NCBI GenBank assembly: GCA_028534125.1
Contig: CM052816.1
Location: 62,622,001-62,686,000, forward strand
DNA: 64,000 bases
Direction: 5' to 3'
From: Lama glama
Taxonomy: Eukaryota
Shown here: one piece after another, positions 26,686 through 39,390 of the stretch
Layout: the number at the start of each line of letters is the position of its first letter
How positions within the stretch are numbered: position 1 is the stretch's first letter
The notes under the pieces: generated by a model
What the model was told of the DNA's origin: nothing
Database searches by the model: none
The model's input: the letters and a program-made list of their open reading frames with translations, nothing else
Position numbers and translations under genes: made by a program

Positions 26686-28255
26686 ATGCAAGGATGGTAC
26701 AACATCCACAAATCAATCAATGTGATACACCATATTAACGAAATGGAAGATAGAAATATGATTGTCTCAATAGATTCAGAAAAAGCGTTTGACAAGATTC
26801 AACATTTGTTTATAGTAAAAACTCTCACTAAAATAGGCTTAGAAGAAATGTGCCTCAACATAATAAAACTGTATAAGACAAACCCACAGCTAACATCATA
26901 CGCCATGATGAAAATCTGAAAGCTATCCCTCTATGATCAGGGATAAGAAAGAATACCCACCCTCACCACTCTTATTTAACATAGTATTGGAAGTCCTAGC
27001 CAGAGCAATTAGGCAAGAAAAATAAACACATGCACAAATTTGAAAAGAAGTAAAACTGTTACCATTTGTACATGACACATTTTCATATATAGAAATCTCA
27101 AAAGACTCCACCAAAAAACTATTAGACATAATAAATGAATACATTTGAAGACTACAAAAACAATATAAAAACCTGCTGTGTTTTTATATACTAAAAATGA
27201 ACTAGCAGGGAGAGAAATTAAGAAAACAATCCTATTTACAATCACAACAAAAATAATAAAATACCTAGGAATAAATTTAACCAAGATTAAAAACCTGTAC
27301 ACTGAAAACTATAAGACATTGTTGAAAGAAATTAAAGAAGACAAAGACATGGAAAAATATTTCATGCTTATGGATTGAGAGAATTAACATTATTAAAATG
27401 TCTTATTACCTTAAGCAATCTACAGAGTCAATGCAACCCTTATCACAATCTCAGTAACACTTTTTACAGAAATAGAACAAAAAATTCTAAAATTTATGTG
27501 GAAACACAGAAGACACTGAATAGCCAAATCAATCCTGAGAAAAAAGGACAAAGCTGGAGGTATCACACTGATTCAAATTGTACTACAAAGCTATGATAAT
27601 CAAAATAACATGGTTTTGGTAGAAAAACAGACACATAGATCAGTGGAACAGAATTAAGAGCCCAGAAATAAACCCACATGTATATATTAATTTATGACAA
27701 AGGATCAAAGGAGATACAATGGTGAAAAGATAGTCTCCTCAATAAATTGTGTTGGGAAAACTGGACAACCACATGCAGAAAGAATAAAACTAGATCACTA
27801 TTTTATACCATACTCAAAAATCAACTCAAAATTAATTAAAGACTTGAATGTAATACCTGAAACCATGAAACTCGTAGAAGAAAACATAGGCAGTCCACTC
27901 TGACATCAATTTTAGCAGTATCTTTCTAGTTATGTCTCCTCCAGCAAGGGAAACAAACAAACAAAAAAATAAGTGGGACTACATCAAACTAAGAAGCTTC
28001 TGCGTGGCAAAGGAATCCATCAACACAATGAAAAGACAATGTATTGAAGAGGAGAAGATATTTGTAAATCATATATCTGATAAGAGGTTAATATCCAAAA
28101 TATATAAAGAACTCATACAACTCAACAACAAAAAACTAAACAATTTTATTTAAAAGTGGGCAGAGGGTCTGAATAGACATTTTTCCAAAGAACTCAACAG
28201 GCACATGAAAGATGCTTAATATCCCTAAGGGAAATGCAAGTTAAAACTACAGTAA
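26686..28255 (+). mobile_element. L1 ORF2 RT fragment (inverted part)
   Basis: [48 protein letters not shown]; frameshifted. Confidence 0.95.
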
Positions 28256-28544
28256 GGACGGATCAAGGACCAATCATTGATAATATATAATAATGTCCGC
28301 AAGGGGCTGACAGTATACTGAGAAACAAAAGATAGTGGAAAGAGTAAGATAATAATTTGTAATAAGTTATCTCATAAAGATAAACAAAATGAGAACATAG
28401 AGATGAAGCACCCTGAGTAGGGTGGACTGGGATTGGATTTATCACGGAGAGTTTCCCATAGGGGTGCCAAATTAAATTCTAAAGTATAAGTAGGAGTTAG
28501 ATAGATGATGGCAAAGGATCTGGGAAAAAAGGTACATGATTTGG

Positions 28545-28677
28545 TTTGAATTAACATGATTTTTATTTCTTTCTTGGGTTGAAACAGTCTATTAACTGGC
28601 TTTAATATGGTAGTGTCCCACTGTAATGGAAGCTGAAGTTTACACCTTATTTCTATAATACACTTTCATCAAAACTT
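28545..28677 (-). pseudogene. Candidate terminal exon
   Basis: Long pyrimidine tract then ccaAG; stops early in all frames; AATAAA at 28567-28562. Confidence 0.4.
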
Positions 28678-28760
28678 CTTGGTAAATCACAGAATAAAAA
28701 GAAGCAAAGAAATGAGCATAAATGAAAGAGATTTGGTAGAACAAAAGATATCACACAAAG

Positions 28761-28930
28761 TCAGTGGTTCTTAATTGGCTGGGGGAAAGACTTGCCACCC
28801 AGGAGACATTTGGAGATGTCTGAGGACAATTTTTGATTGTCACAACTTAGGGCATGGTTCATTAATGGCATCTAGTGGATAGAGTACAGAGATTCTGCTA
28901 AACATTCTGCAAGGTACAGGACAGGAAAAC
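28761..28930. mobile_element. MER20 hAT transposon
   Basis: cagtggttcttaa...gacatttggagatgtctgaggacaatttttgattgtcacaac...ggcatctagtggatagag. Confidence 0.8.
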
Positions 28931-29108
28931 TACTGAGCCTCTGAAGATCCTTCTGACATTCTTGTTTTAGCTGAACATGAGCAGATCCTGGGAGATAATA
29001 TTTCCCTGATTTTCCAGTTGAACTGAAGAGAGCACATTGCTTTTTGGCTTCCAGCATGATTTTGCTGAGGTCATTCACCACATTAAGTAGAGACATGTTT
29101 TATCTTAC

Positions 29109-29173
29109 CCTCTTAATTTCCATTTAGGGGACTGGTGATAGCAAGGGTTGTGGGAATAATTTTTTGACAGTTC
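29109..29173 (-). pseudogene. Exon remnant (ELSKNYSHNPCYHQSPKWKLR)
   Basis: tctAG acceptor, GG|gtaaga donor, 65 nt open in phase 0. Confidence 0.4.
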
Positions 29174-29499
29174 CTAGACTTTAAGATGTACAGTTGAGTG
29201 AACATAAATGGGCTTGGATGTTTAAGGTATACAAAGTGTATTATAGACCTTAGAATAAGGCATTTATGTGGAGTAATGAGAAATAGGGCTTGTGAACCAC
29301 ATATATCTGGGAGGTGCTGTGTAGCAGGATTAAGGGAGCTTGTGGGTAAGCTAGTCCATCCTTGTCTACTTCCATGGTCTTTTAGCCTTTGCATATTTGA
29401 TTCATCTACTTTCCTGCAGGATCAGTGTCTTCTCCTGTCCCTTTCCCTGATGTTTGTTACATATTATGTAACAAGTAGCCATTTATAGTAGTGAATACT

Positions 29500-29850
29500 T
29501 GTTGGAGCAGCTACTTGCTGTTCCTTCTGCTGGGAAAGCCCTTCCTCTGGACATATACATGATTTATGTCCTCATTTCATTCTGGTTTCTGCTCAAGCAT
29601 CATCTCACCTGAAATACCTTCTTTGACTACCCTATCTAAAGATACTCTATCCTATTGAAAGAAGAGCAGCCTCCCACCACTCTTCACCCTTTATTTCTAT
29701 ATTTACTTTGTATTTGGTCATTATTAGCATGTCAGCTCTAGGAGACCTTGTTTCCTGTTTCCCTCCCTGTTGCATATCCAGAGACTAGAACACTGCCTAG
29801 CCTAGAGTAGTGCTCATGCATAGTATTGAACAGATAACAGAAAAAATGAA
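29500..29850 (+). mobile_element. L2 3' fragment
   Basis: 'gctgttccttctgctggga...tctgctcaagcatcatctc...ccttctttgactaccctatctaaa'. Confidence 0.7.
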
Positions 29851-30819
29851 TGAGACTCCCTGCTCTCAAGAGACTTAAAGAATAATAGGGAACAAAAATG
29901 TTTAACAATTATAAGGTAATAAGGAATTATAGAAGCAGGTAGAAAACACTTTTAAAGTACGTGAAAAGGCACATCTCACTATTTGGGAGGAACTAGAGGG
30001 GGCTGAGGCTTGAAAGATGAGCTGAGCTATCTGCTCTTATTCATTGACTTCTACACATTGTCTGTTTAGAATCTAACCTCCAGCTGTCAGGAGCTGTGTG
30101 TGCTGTTCACTCATCTTCTTTTAACATTGTTCCGTGTGCTGTTCGGAGAGACAAAAATGAGTATTTGGGGATAATCATAATTTATTCCAGGGAATGTGAA
30201 TAGTGGAGTCTTAATCCTGTTGAATATATCATGCCTGAAAACTAAAACATTTGAAGGCTACTCCCTCAGAATCTCCCGTGGAATGTTGGTAACCAAGCAG
30301 TCTATGTAGCAGCAAGTGTGCCCTCACTTTGGGTTTAGGGGTAGAAGAATGTATGTCTCCCTGGGGTCAGTGCCTTTCTTTGAGCATCCACAGTGCCGCT
30401 GGAGGAGAGACCAGGTGTGCTCGCCACAGCTCTCACAGCTGTTAGCAGCACAGTAAGCGTGTCTCCAAGCAGGGAAAGACCTAGAGTCTTTGAGTGAGTG
30501 TGGGTGTAAATATTTCTCTCAGATCTGTTCCTCCAGCTATCGCTAGCCTTTGGAAATGTTTGAAGAGCCGTGTTCCACATCAGAGAGTGACTTGCTGACT
30601 GCAGCTGAAGCTGCCTCTGCCCCTCTGCAGACACGGACAGGAATCCAGACTCCAGGCGGCCAGTGCTGAAGCTGCACAGACATCTGCCCTTTCAGTCTTG
30701 GTGTCGGGCAGGAATTTTTGTCCCCTTTTCATTACTGGCTAAATGAAAAGCTTCAAGATTATTCTCTCAATGTTCTATGCAACAAATTATATGAAAACCA
30801 AGAGTCAGAAAACACTTAC

Positions 30820-30911
30820 CATATCCAGGCTCTGCTAACAGCTATCTTTATAGCCATAAAAATTTTCATTGAAGCTTTCCAGTTCTTCAGATTAATAAAG
30901 CTTTTGACATA
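30820..30911 (-). pseudogene. Exon remnant, 92 nt
   Basis: ttcatttccccAG / TG|gtaagt; reads CQKLY*SEELESFNENFYGYKDSC*QSLDM or the open frame YVKSFINLKNWK... Confidence 0.6.
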
Positions 30912-31121
30912 CTGGGGAAATGAACCAAAACAAACACAACATTTACAGCTGTAAGTTGAAAGATATTAAGTTGTAATGGATAGAACAATAAAAGGGAGTC
31001 AAAAAGTTTGATATCTAGTTTTTAATTGAATTTAATTAATTAGCTGGCTCTGTGACCTTGATAAATCCATTAACCTCCAAGGAGACTCAGTTTTCACATT
31101 AATACAATGAAAGGTTTCAAA

Positions 31122-31260
31122 GGTCCAATAAGGGTTTCTGTGATAATGGAAATGTCGTATATCTACACTATCCAATATGGAAGCCAGTAACCCCATGTGT
31201 CTGTTGAGTACTGAAAAGTGTGATTAGTACAATTGAAGGACTAAGGTTTTAATTTATTCA
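31122..31260. mobile_element. MER3 fragment
   Basis: gtccaataag...tctgtgataatggaaatgt...tccaatatggaagcc. Confidence 0.65.
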
Positions 31261-31647
31261 GTAGTTAGGATATTTGCATTATTTGGTTGCCCATAATCTG
31301 AAACGTTCCTGCTCATTTTATCTCTCACTACAAAAGCCTCAGATACTTGCTTTTCTAGCTTTCCCTGCACTTAGAAGATGGGCACATGGCCTAGGCTCAA
31401 CCAATAAGATAAACCCACTGTAGTGTTTGCAATAGAAGCTAACTGTGCAAAGAAGGAGAAGCAGATGATGATATATTGTGGAATGGTGGCAACCACATCA
31501 TGTCCAGGGCAATAATAGTAGTTCTGCTGGGGGCATCCATTATTCAGAACTGATAATGGAGCAAACTGTAATTTTGTTTGATCACCATTGCTTAACTGTA
31601 ACTTTAAACAAAGTACTTAATTTCTCTAAACTTCAAGGTAATATGTA

Positions 31648-32181
31648 TTTTTTTAATTGAAGTATAGTTGATTTACAATGTTGTGTTAGTTTCAAGTGTA
31701 CAGAAAAGTTCAATTATACATAATATATGTATATATTTTATTTTTCAGATTCTTTTCTATTATAGGTTATTACAAGATATTCAGTATAGTTCCTTGCACT
31801 ATATAGTAGATCCTTGTTGTTTATCTGTTTTATATATAGTAATGTGTATATTTTAATCCCAAACTCCTAATTTATCCCTATACCCTTCACCTCTTTGGTA
31901 ACCACAGTTTGTTTTCTATGTTTGTGAGTCTATTTCTGGTCTGTACATAAGCTCATTTGTATCAGTTTTTTTTTTAGACACCGTGTATAAGTGATATCAT
32001 ATGATATTTGTCTTTCTCTGTCTGTTACTTTACTTGATATGATAATCTTTAGGTCCATCCATGTTGCTGAGGGTGGCATTATTTCATTCTTTTTTTGACT
32101 GAATAATATTCCACTGTCTTTTTATACCACATCTTCTTTATCCAGTCATCTGTCAATTGACATTTATGTTGTTCCCATGTC
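31648..32181 (-). mobile_element. L1 3' end
   Basis: ttttttaattgaagtatagttgatttacaatg start, antisense ORF2 tail, imperfect aaggtaa..tatt flanking repeats. Confidence 0.9.
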
Positions 32182-32215
32182 TGAAGGTAAATTCTATTAA
32201 AAAAAGAAGTGATAC

Positions 32216-32412
32216 CTATTCTCTGTGTAAATGTAAGTAAATACGTTTGGTAAAGATTTCATGTTTGGAGAAACATAAAATAATATCCTCAGAGTTTTTG
32301 TTATTTTGTTTTTGTTTGTTGTCAGGAGGGGGCGTCTCCCTTTGTGATAAGTAATTGTTGTTATATCCATACAGTTCTTATTAATTTCCTTGGACACGAA
32401 GTTTTCAAGCAT
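32216..32412 (-). pseudogene. Exon remnant (MLENFVSKEINKNCMDITT...)
   Basis: catttaatAG acceptor, open phase-0 frame, candidate donor AG|gtatca; 3' border uncertain. Confidence 0.4.
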
Positions 32413-33294
32413 CTATTAAATGGAGATGCTGGCTAGCACTTAAAATAAGATTACTTCTTCGAAAAATAATGACCGTAAATTGTTATTTTAGTGTCTTTCC
32501 ACTCCTCTCATGTCTCCGTTTTCTTATTCAGTAACTCTGCCTTCAGCCTAGAGCACCCCCATGCCCAGTGTGGCCTGTACAGCACCAGGAGCTCCTACCC
32601 TTTCCCTACCTCTGCCCCTCTGCTACGTTGCCTGCAGAACCACTAGACTCCACTGTCAGCAGGAAACTGGTATACCCATTCAAACCAAGGGGTCAACGGC
32701 TCATTCGAGCTTAATTAGCTACTCTTCCCATATGGAAGTTTCATTTGAGCTAAAGCCTCCTTATTGTGATGTGTGGAAAGAATTAATGACACACTAGACC
32801 CATTGGAAAATATACACAGGGAACAAATAGGGACCACCCTACATACTTTATTGCAGATAAAGTTGAACTAGGGAATTTGGCCTGAATCTGGTGGTAAAAT
32901 GAGATGCCTAAGTGCTTCCTCCATCCCCTGCCCCTTACCACACCCCCGTGTTCAGACCTTAAGATCCATGTGTAGTTAGTGCCAATTTAGAGAAGTCTGA
33001 CCCAGCCGGCTACATAGAGAATACCTCTTATCTGTCACCTGCCAAGGGTAAGGACAGGGAGCTGGAGGCCATGTAGACATAAAGACCTTCGGTATATAAC
33101 CCCACCTGACAGAGAAATAGAAATTACCAGAAGTCACACTCTTCCCTTCTCACCAGTCTGATAAAACCATTTCTTTTTACATAGGAATAGCATGTGAGAA
33201 AAGGAAGAACCTTTGGTTGCTTCTACCAATTATATATCAGAAGCCAGAGCTTCCTGTTGTATGGACCAGGAGAAACCTGGATGCTTCCTCTTAC

Positions 33295-33458
33295 TTTCCT
33301 GAGCCATAAGAATGAGATTAAACACAGGAAATTGAGGTGCTTTTCAAGGGCAGATGTGGTATTGTAAAGACTTTCCTGATGCCATTTAATCATGTCTCAT
33401 ATGTAGAAACGTGTTATGTTTTTGTGATTATTTTTTCAAGCAGTCTCTGTTGTCTTGC
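33295..33458 (-). pseudogene. Exon remnant, 164 nt (ARQQRLLEKIITKT*HVSTYET*LNGIRKVF...)
   Basis: ttttttaaaaAG acceptor, AA|gtaaga donor; 3 stops in frame. Confidence 0.5.
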
Positions 33459-34303
33459 CTTTTTTAAAAAATCTAATCATTCACAGTTCTTTAATTTTTC
33501 CACACAATATAAAGGGCCAGTGGAACAGAAGGTAATGCATCCAATTTAATCAGAATATTTCAGGTTTACTCCTAGAATTAGTATTTACAATAGATTCTAA
33601 ATTTTTCAAGGGCTGAAATAATGTTTTTCTTTACCTTTTAAAAAAAGGTCTACTGCAGCGCTTAGTGGTACATGGCACATAGTACATAGTGTTGCTCAAT
33701 AAATGAGTTAGCCTGACCATGCTTCTTTTCCTCTCTCCTTAAAAGTCCACCTTAATTCTTTGCATTTCTTCCTTTCAGTTTCTTGTGTTCCCTATAAGCA
33801 TCCTCACTTCCTTTTCCCTCATTCATCTTCTTTTCTCCTAGGCAACTCTTCTGTTCCTTTTAATTTCCTGTCTTTCTCCCTCTTTTATTTTCTTGTAGTG
33901 TTCATTCATCCTTCCCTTTCTTTCTCCCCTGTCTCTGTATTTATCTTAAAAATCACCTTTCCAGCTGTGATTTGGATGACTGGAGAACATCTTAAATCAA
34001 GAGATAGTGAAACTGAGAAACTAATTAGTCATGGGGAGAAGAGCCAGAAATTGATCCTGAGCTGCCCAGAGACAAAGCCTTACCATATTCTATTTTGATA
34101 TCACAAACATTTCACATGAACTGCCAGTTGTCCTTGACTAGGCATTTACTTGAGTTTAGAGCTTTGGAAAGCTTATTCATACTTTATAAGCATGCATATT
34201 TATACACATGTACCTATAAAAATAAAAGTTATTTCTATTATCTCTGAGTAAATGAAGAAAATCTAAATTAGTGAAAGGGGCAATACATTTTTTCTTTACA
34301 TAC

Positions 34304-34570
34304 CTACAACGAACAGAACCTGTCTTAGGGCTTTTGTGTAATGTAATAAATATTAATTTGAAATAATTAGTTCAAATTATCACTATGAAACTTCCTAATT
34401 GACAATAATTTTTTTGAATTTTCAACAGATCTGAAAATATATGGACTATTTTATCTTTTCCAGTAGTTCTCTCAACTATGAAATTATTGAACTGGATTAT
34501 AATCTAAACAAAGACAACACCAAAGATACAGTTACCTGAGGAGATTTAACTTTCTCATGAGATTTGTATG
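34304..34570 (-). pseudogene. Three micro-exon remnants: 34570-34536, 34430-34395, 34319-34304
   Basis: 35, 36 and 16 nt exons; introns 105 and 75 nt; join as HTNLMRKLNLLRSVENSKKLLSIRFCSL*; middle donor degenerate (gaagtt). Confidence 0.55.
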
Positions 34571-36109
34571 CTATAAAATTAAAATAAAGCTTAATATTGA
34601 CAGATGTAAATTAAAGAACAACAAATTAATAAATCTGTGCATATTCAATAAGGGAATCACTCAGAGGTTGTTGATTTGGGACTTTTTGCCATGAGGAAGG
34701 AATAAGGAAGAAAGAGGGAAATAAGAGATAATGACACATATTCAAGATCTGGTCCTATTGGAATGAGAAAGGTTTGGAGGGTTAGATTAATCTTTTGGAG
34801 CAGAACAAGTAAGAGTTGTGAGGAACAGAGAGAAGACAAAAATTCAGGCAGGTCAGGATTTGACATACAGGGAGGACAGCAATATTTACTGGGGACAAGT
34901 TGCTGGGTTTCAGGAGCAGAACTATAGCTATTCTATTCTCATAAAGACCGAGGAACTATCTAAAAAATCAAAAGGAAGACTTATACAGTAGGAAGAATAA
35001 GATGGTCAGGGTTTGGCTGCTAGGAATAAGGGAGAGTCTAACTCCTGGAGCTCAAAACCAAGGTCAGAGCAAAAGCAGAAGTCACAGTGCCTGGATTTTG
35101 ATTCTCTAAGCTATAGCCTTAAAGGCCCTGAAATTTCCTATGACCAGGGATAGAATTTGTTCCAAGGGAGGAAGATGAGTGAATTTACGAGAAGGGCTAA
35201 AGTGTCACCAGCTTTAAAATTTAGAGGGGAAAAGAGATAAACATCATTACATGAATTACCACATAAAGTGGAAGAAAATTCTATTCTGAGTCCTGTGCTA
35301 TCAAAAAATTCTAAGTAAGTGATGGAAACTCTCAGAGTAGCTGGGATGATTAAGTGTATAAATATATAGAAAATGCTTAAAACAGTGCCTGACACATAGC
35401 GGGCATTCAATAAATGTTGCCTGACTATTGTATTATCAATCTATGACTATTCTGTAGTTCTTCATGGAAATGCTAATTTACTCAAAGTTTCTGAAAGAAG
35501 TACAAAGGGGACTAAGTGACAGGGGGTTCTTTTAGAGCTTAATGACTTGAAGGGATCTATTTGAGCACATTTTGGAAAGCAAGCGAGGCTTAGTCAGCAT
35601 GGCTTATAGGAGATTCTCTCAGTCAAAGTCTGTGAGAGTAAGTAATCTGGAAGACCCTGAAGACTGCTTCTGTTTTGAGAGATCTGGAACTCACAACCCC
35701 AGATTTAATTTCCAGATGCCTTGTTGCAGGTCAAAGGGGAGATGCCTTCAAGTCAGATAAGATTAATTAGTTTAGAAATAATGAAGACTGGAATCTTCAG
35801 TAAAAGATGTGGAGATAAAATTTATCTTTAGTTCCTCTTTGCTACATCTCATTCTAGAGGGGGTTCTGACACCTAGCTTCCTATATATGCACAAGATTGA
35901 TCCTGTTCTTAACTTTCACCAATCCCCTATCACCACTTTGCTTTCATTCATTCACTGGTTGATTGCCTTATTCATTAATTCATTCACAATTTTCAGTTTT
36001 AGTCAATCATTTGTTGATTGTGCACAGTAAGAAAAATTAAAAACCATGCAACTAAAATCATCACAATACACCAAAGGACATTATAAACCCCCAACAAGCA
36101 GGAGAGATA

Positions 36110-36766
36110 TAAAGTCATATTGAAAAGACACATGTACCCAATGTTTACAGCAGCACTATTTACAGTAGCCAAGACATGGAAAAAACCTAAATGTCCATTG
36201 ACAGATGAATGGATAAAGAAGATGTGGTGTATATATGTATGTGTGTGTGCGTGTTTATATATATATAAATTTATTTTCTAGTGTTTATATATATATAAAC
36301 ACGCACACACACATACACACAATGGAATATCACTTAGCCATAAAAAGAATGAAATAATGTCATTTGCAGCTACATGGATGGACCTAGAGATTATCATATC
36401 AAGTAAAGTAAGTCAGACAGAGAAAGACAAATATCATATGATGTCACTTATATGTGGAATCTAAAAAAAAGATACATATTTCATTTACAAGCCAGAAATA
36501 GGCTCATGAATATAGAAAACAAACTATGGTTACCAAGGGGGAAAGAGGGGAGAGGAATAGATTAGGAGTTTGGGATTAACAGATACACATTAACTATATA
36601 TAAAATAGATGAACAACAAGGACCTATTGTATATTCAATTTCTTGTAATGAACCATAATGGAAAAGAAACTGAAAAAAAATATATATAAATATATATATA
36701 TATATGAATTGCTTTGCTGTATACTTGAAACTAACATTGTGAATTGACTGCATTTCAATTAAAAAA
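36110..36766 (+). mobile_element. L1 3' end
   Basis: aaagacacatgtacccaatg...gccaagacatgga...caattaaaaaa. Confidence 0.9.
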
Positions 36767-37373
36767 TGGAATTGATGTTTGTCTTGAAAAACTCATTTCC
36801 TTGCCCTTTTTCTTTCATTTAGTCCTGGTGCAGGGAAAAATTGGTCTTGGGTTGGTAGAGCAAGATTTTAACCACTACCTTAAGCCACAATTTCCTTGCC
36901 TTCTTTCCTTGCTTCCTTCACAATTCACCACAGTGTTCTTTGTTTCTGCTAGCTGCCTGCTAGAAAATGTCCTGATACATGATCTGGCCTTTGGATACTA
37001 AGCCTTAGGCTTAGTCACATTTGAGCAAGATGACTGGAAGGCTGTAATAGCTCAAGTTAGCATTTGAGGTACCTTTAAAGGCAAAAGGGAGAGGCATAGC
37101 CTTTTGGTACTTCTAAAAAAATCATCTAATATGATTCATGTATGGTAACCTTCAATATGGTAACTGGTCCTTAGAACAGGACTTTTCTTATCTTTTTAAC
37201 TGCCCAATAATCTCTAAATCCAAGGTTTTAACTCCCTAAACCAGCCAAACAGATCTAATGATGCCAGACCTTCAGTCAAGCTTTACAGAGAGAGCAGTAA
37301 AAGATTATATTATAGATTCCCATGTTACCAAAGCATCCCAAGGAATGGTCTGTAGATGGAAGAAGGCTCTTAC

Positions 37374-37708
37374 TTGAGGTTAGTATTCTTCTCTACATTG
37401 TTTTACTTAAAAAAAAATTATAGGCCTAAGAATATTTGGAAACTATTAGTATATTGTAGTTTGAGTTCACATTAAGCAAGTTGTAAGTTTTTTAAAATTA
37501 ATCCAGACAACTCCTAATACGAAGTCAGTTGCTGTAGTAGCTCCTTGACCTAAGGATTATATGAATTAGGTTGTTGAAAAACTGAAGACAGGCTTATTTT
37601 ATAGCCAATAAATTAATGTGAATAAAAGGTACTTATTTTTCTATTATGGACTTTAATTTCTTTTGCCTTTTAACTTGATTCTCAATTACTGGGCCAAGGT
37701 TCTTATTA
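37374..37708 (-). pseudogene. Three exon remnants: 37708-37637, 37549-37471, 37405-37374
   Basis: Acceptors ttttttttAG, ccttAG, ttttttaAG; donors ataagt (mutated), gtgaac, gtaaga; reads NKNLGPVIENQVKRQKKLKSIIEK / VKELLQQLTSY*ELSGLILKNLQLA* / LKQCREEY*PQ. Confidence 0.55.
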
Positions 37709-37999
37709 CTAAAAAAAAAGCAAAAGGCAAAAATTCCAATGAATTATTGAATTTAGTCACCTTTTTATCTGCTGACAGGTACCACTGGCTGAGATAAAGG
37801 CAGAAGAGTTCAGAGTAGAATTGATAATAGAAACACAAATGGAACCCTAATCAATGCACTTGCTATTCAACAATCAATCACTCTTCCCTCTTTTGAACAT
37901 TAGATATTATATTAATTTTATATTATATATAACTAGCTACATAATATATATTAGATATTCTATATATTAGATGCTATATTATTTTTATTTTACTGCAGC

Positions 38000-38785
38000 T
38001 TAAAACAAAAAACATAATTTCAATAAACTTAGCAACTTAGAGTTAGAAGCTTAAAATGATGAACAATTATTACCTCATTTCTTGTGGGTAAGGTATGCAG
38101 GAGCAACTAAGCTGGGTGGTTCTAGCTTAGAGTCTCCCATCAAGGTGCAGTTAAATTGTCAGCTAGGGTGTCATCATCTGAAGGTTTGACTGGGGCTGGA
38201 AGATGTGCTTCTAAGATGCCACGCTCACATGACTGTTAGTCGAAATCCTCAGTTCCTTGCCTCATGAGTCTCGGAGCTGCTTGCATGTCTTCTCATCATG
38301 ACAGCCAGCTTCCCCCAGGGTGAATAAATCTCAGAGAGAGTATGAGAAAGTAGCCACAATGTCTTTCATGAGTTAGTCTTGGAAGTCACATGCTATTACC
38401 TGCACAACTATTTATTAGAAGTTAATCACTAAACACAAAGAATAAACTAGTTATTACCAGTGGTATGAGTAGGAGGGAAAGGGCAAGATAGGGGAATGAG
38501 ATTAAGAGATACAAACTACTATGTATAAGGTAAATAAGCAACAAAGATATATTATACATCACAGGGAAATTTAGCCATTATTTTGTCATAACTTTAAGTG
38601 GAGTATAATCTATAAAAGTATTGAATCACTATGTTGTACACCTGAAATTAATACAATATTGTAAATCAACTAGACTTCAATTTAAAAAAATTTTTTTAAA
38701 TTTTTAAAAAGGGAAAAGAATTTAGCCTCCACCTATCAGAGAAGAACTAAAGAATTTGTTGACATATTTAAAAATCATTACAAGG
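38000..38785 (-). mobile_element. Old MLT1 (F/G/H-like) LTR split by an L1 3' fragment (about 38430-38712, + strand)
   Basis: 'gtcatcatctgaaggtttgactggggctggaagatgtgcttctaagatg'; nested L1 tail 'gagattaagagatacaaactactatgtataa'. Confidence 0.7.
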
Positions 38786-39390
38786 ATATTTAGTTTTGGA
38801 TCAAGATATACATATATATTATTTTTACCCTTATTTAATAATTGTCACTGCAGCTATATTCTGGTCCTATAAGATTACATTTCCATGATTTAATAATTTT
38901 AAATAATTCTGTTTTCTCCAGGAAATGACTTTGTTTAGGCTGCTGGGAGTAGAAGTATGTCAAAGATGTAATTTCTCTTTTCTCCTTTCTTCCCATTCCC
39001 TTTACATTCCCCCACTGTCTCTTTCTCCCTTTCAGTCTCCTATACCCCTGCAGCCCATTCAACAAAATGTAGATATGTGGGCTGAGGGATTGTATATTTA
39101 CACAGATCTGTGTAGTCATGTGGTTTCTGTAACAATAGCTGACCTTTGGGTAATTAGCTATATGCTGTAACTCAACTACCTACAAAACTCTGAGAGAAAA
39201 TAGCCAGGCAACTGGGCTCTTCATATGCAGAACCCTGCCCTTTGCAGTTTACAGTTATCTTAGCCATGGTGGTACAGTTTTATGTTCTAAATGTGTGACT
39301 TTTAATTTTATTTGGTAGTGACTGATCTTGGATTGTTTCACTATTTTTTTACAGGCTAATTTTTTTCCATTTATGCCATTACACTCTCAC

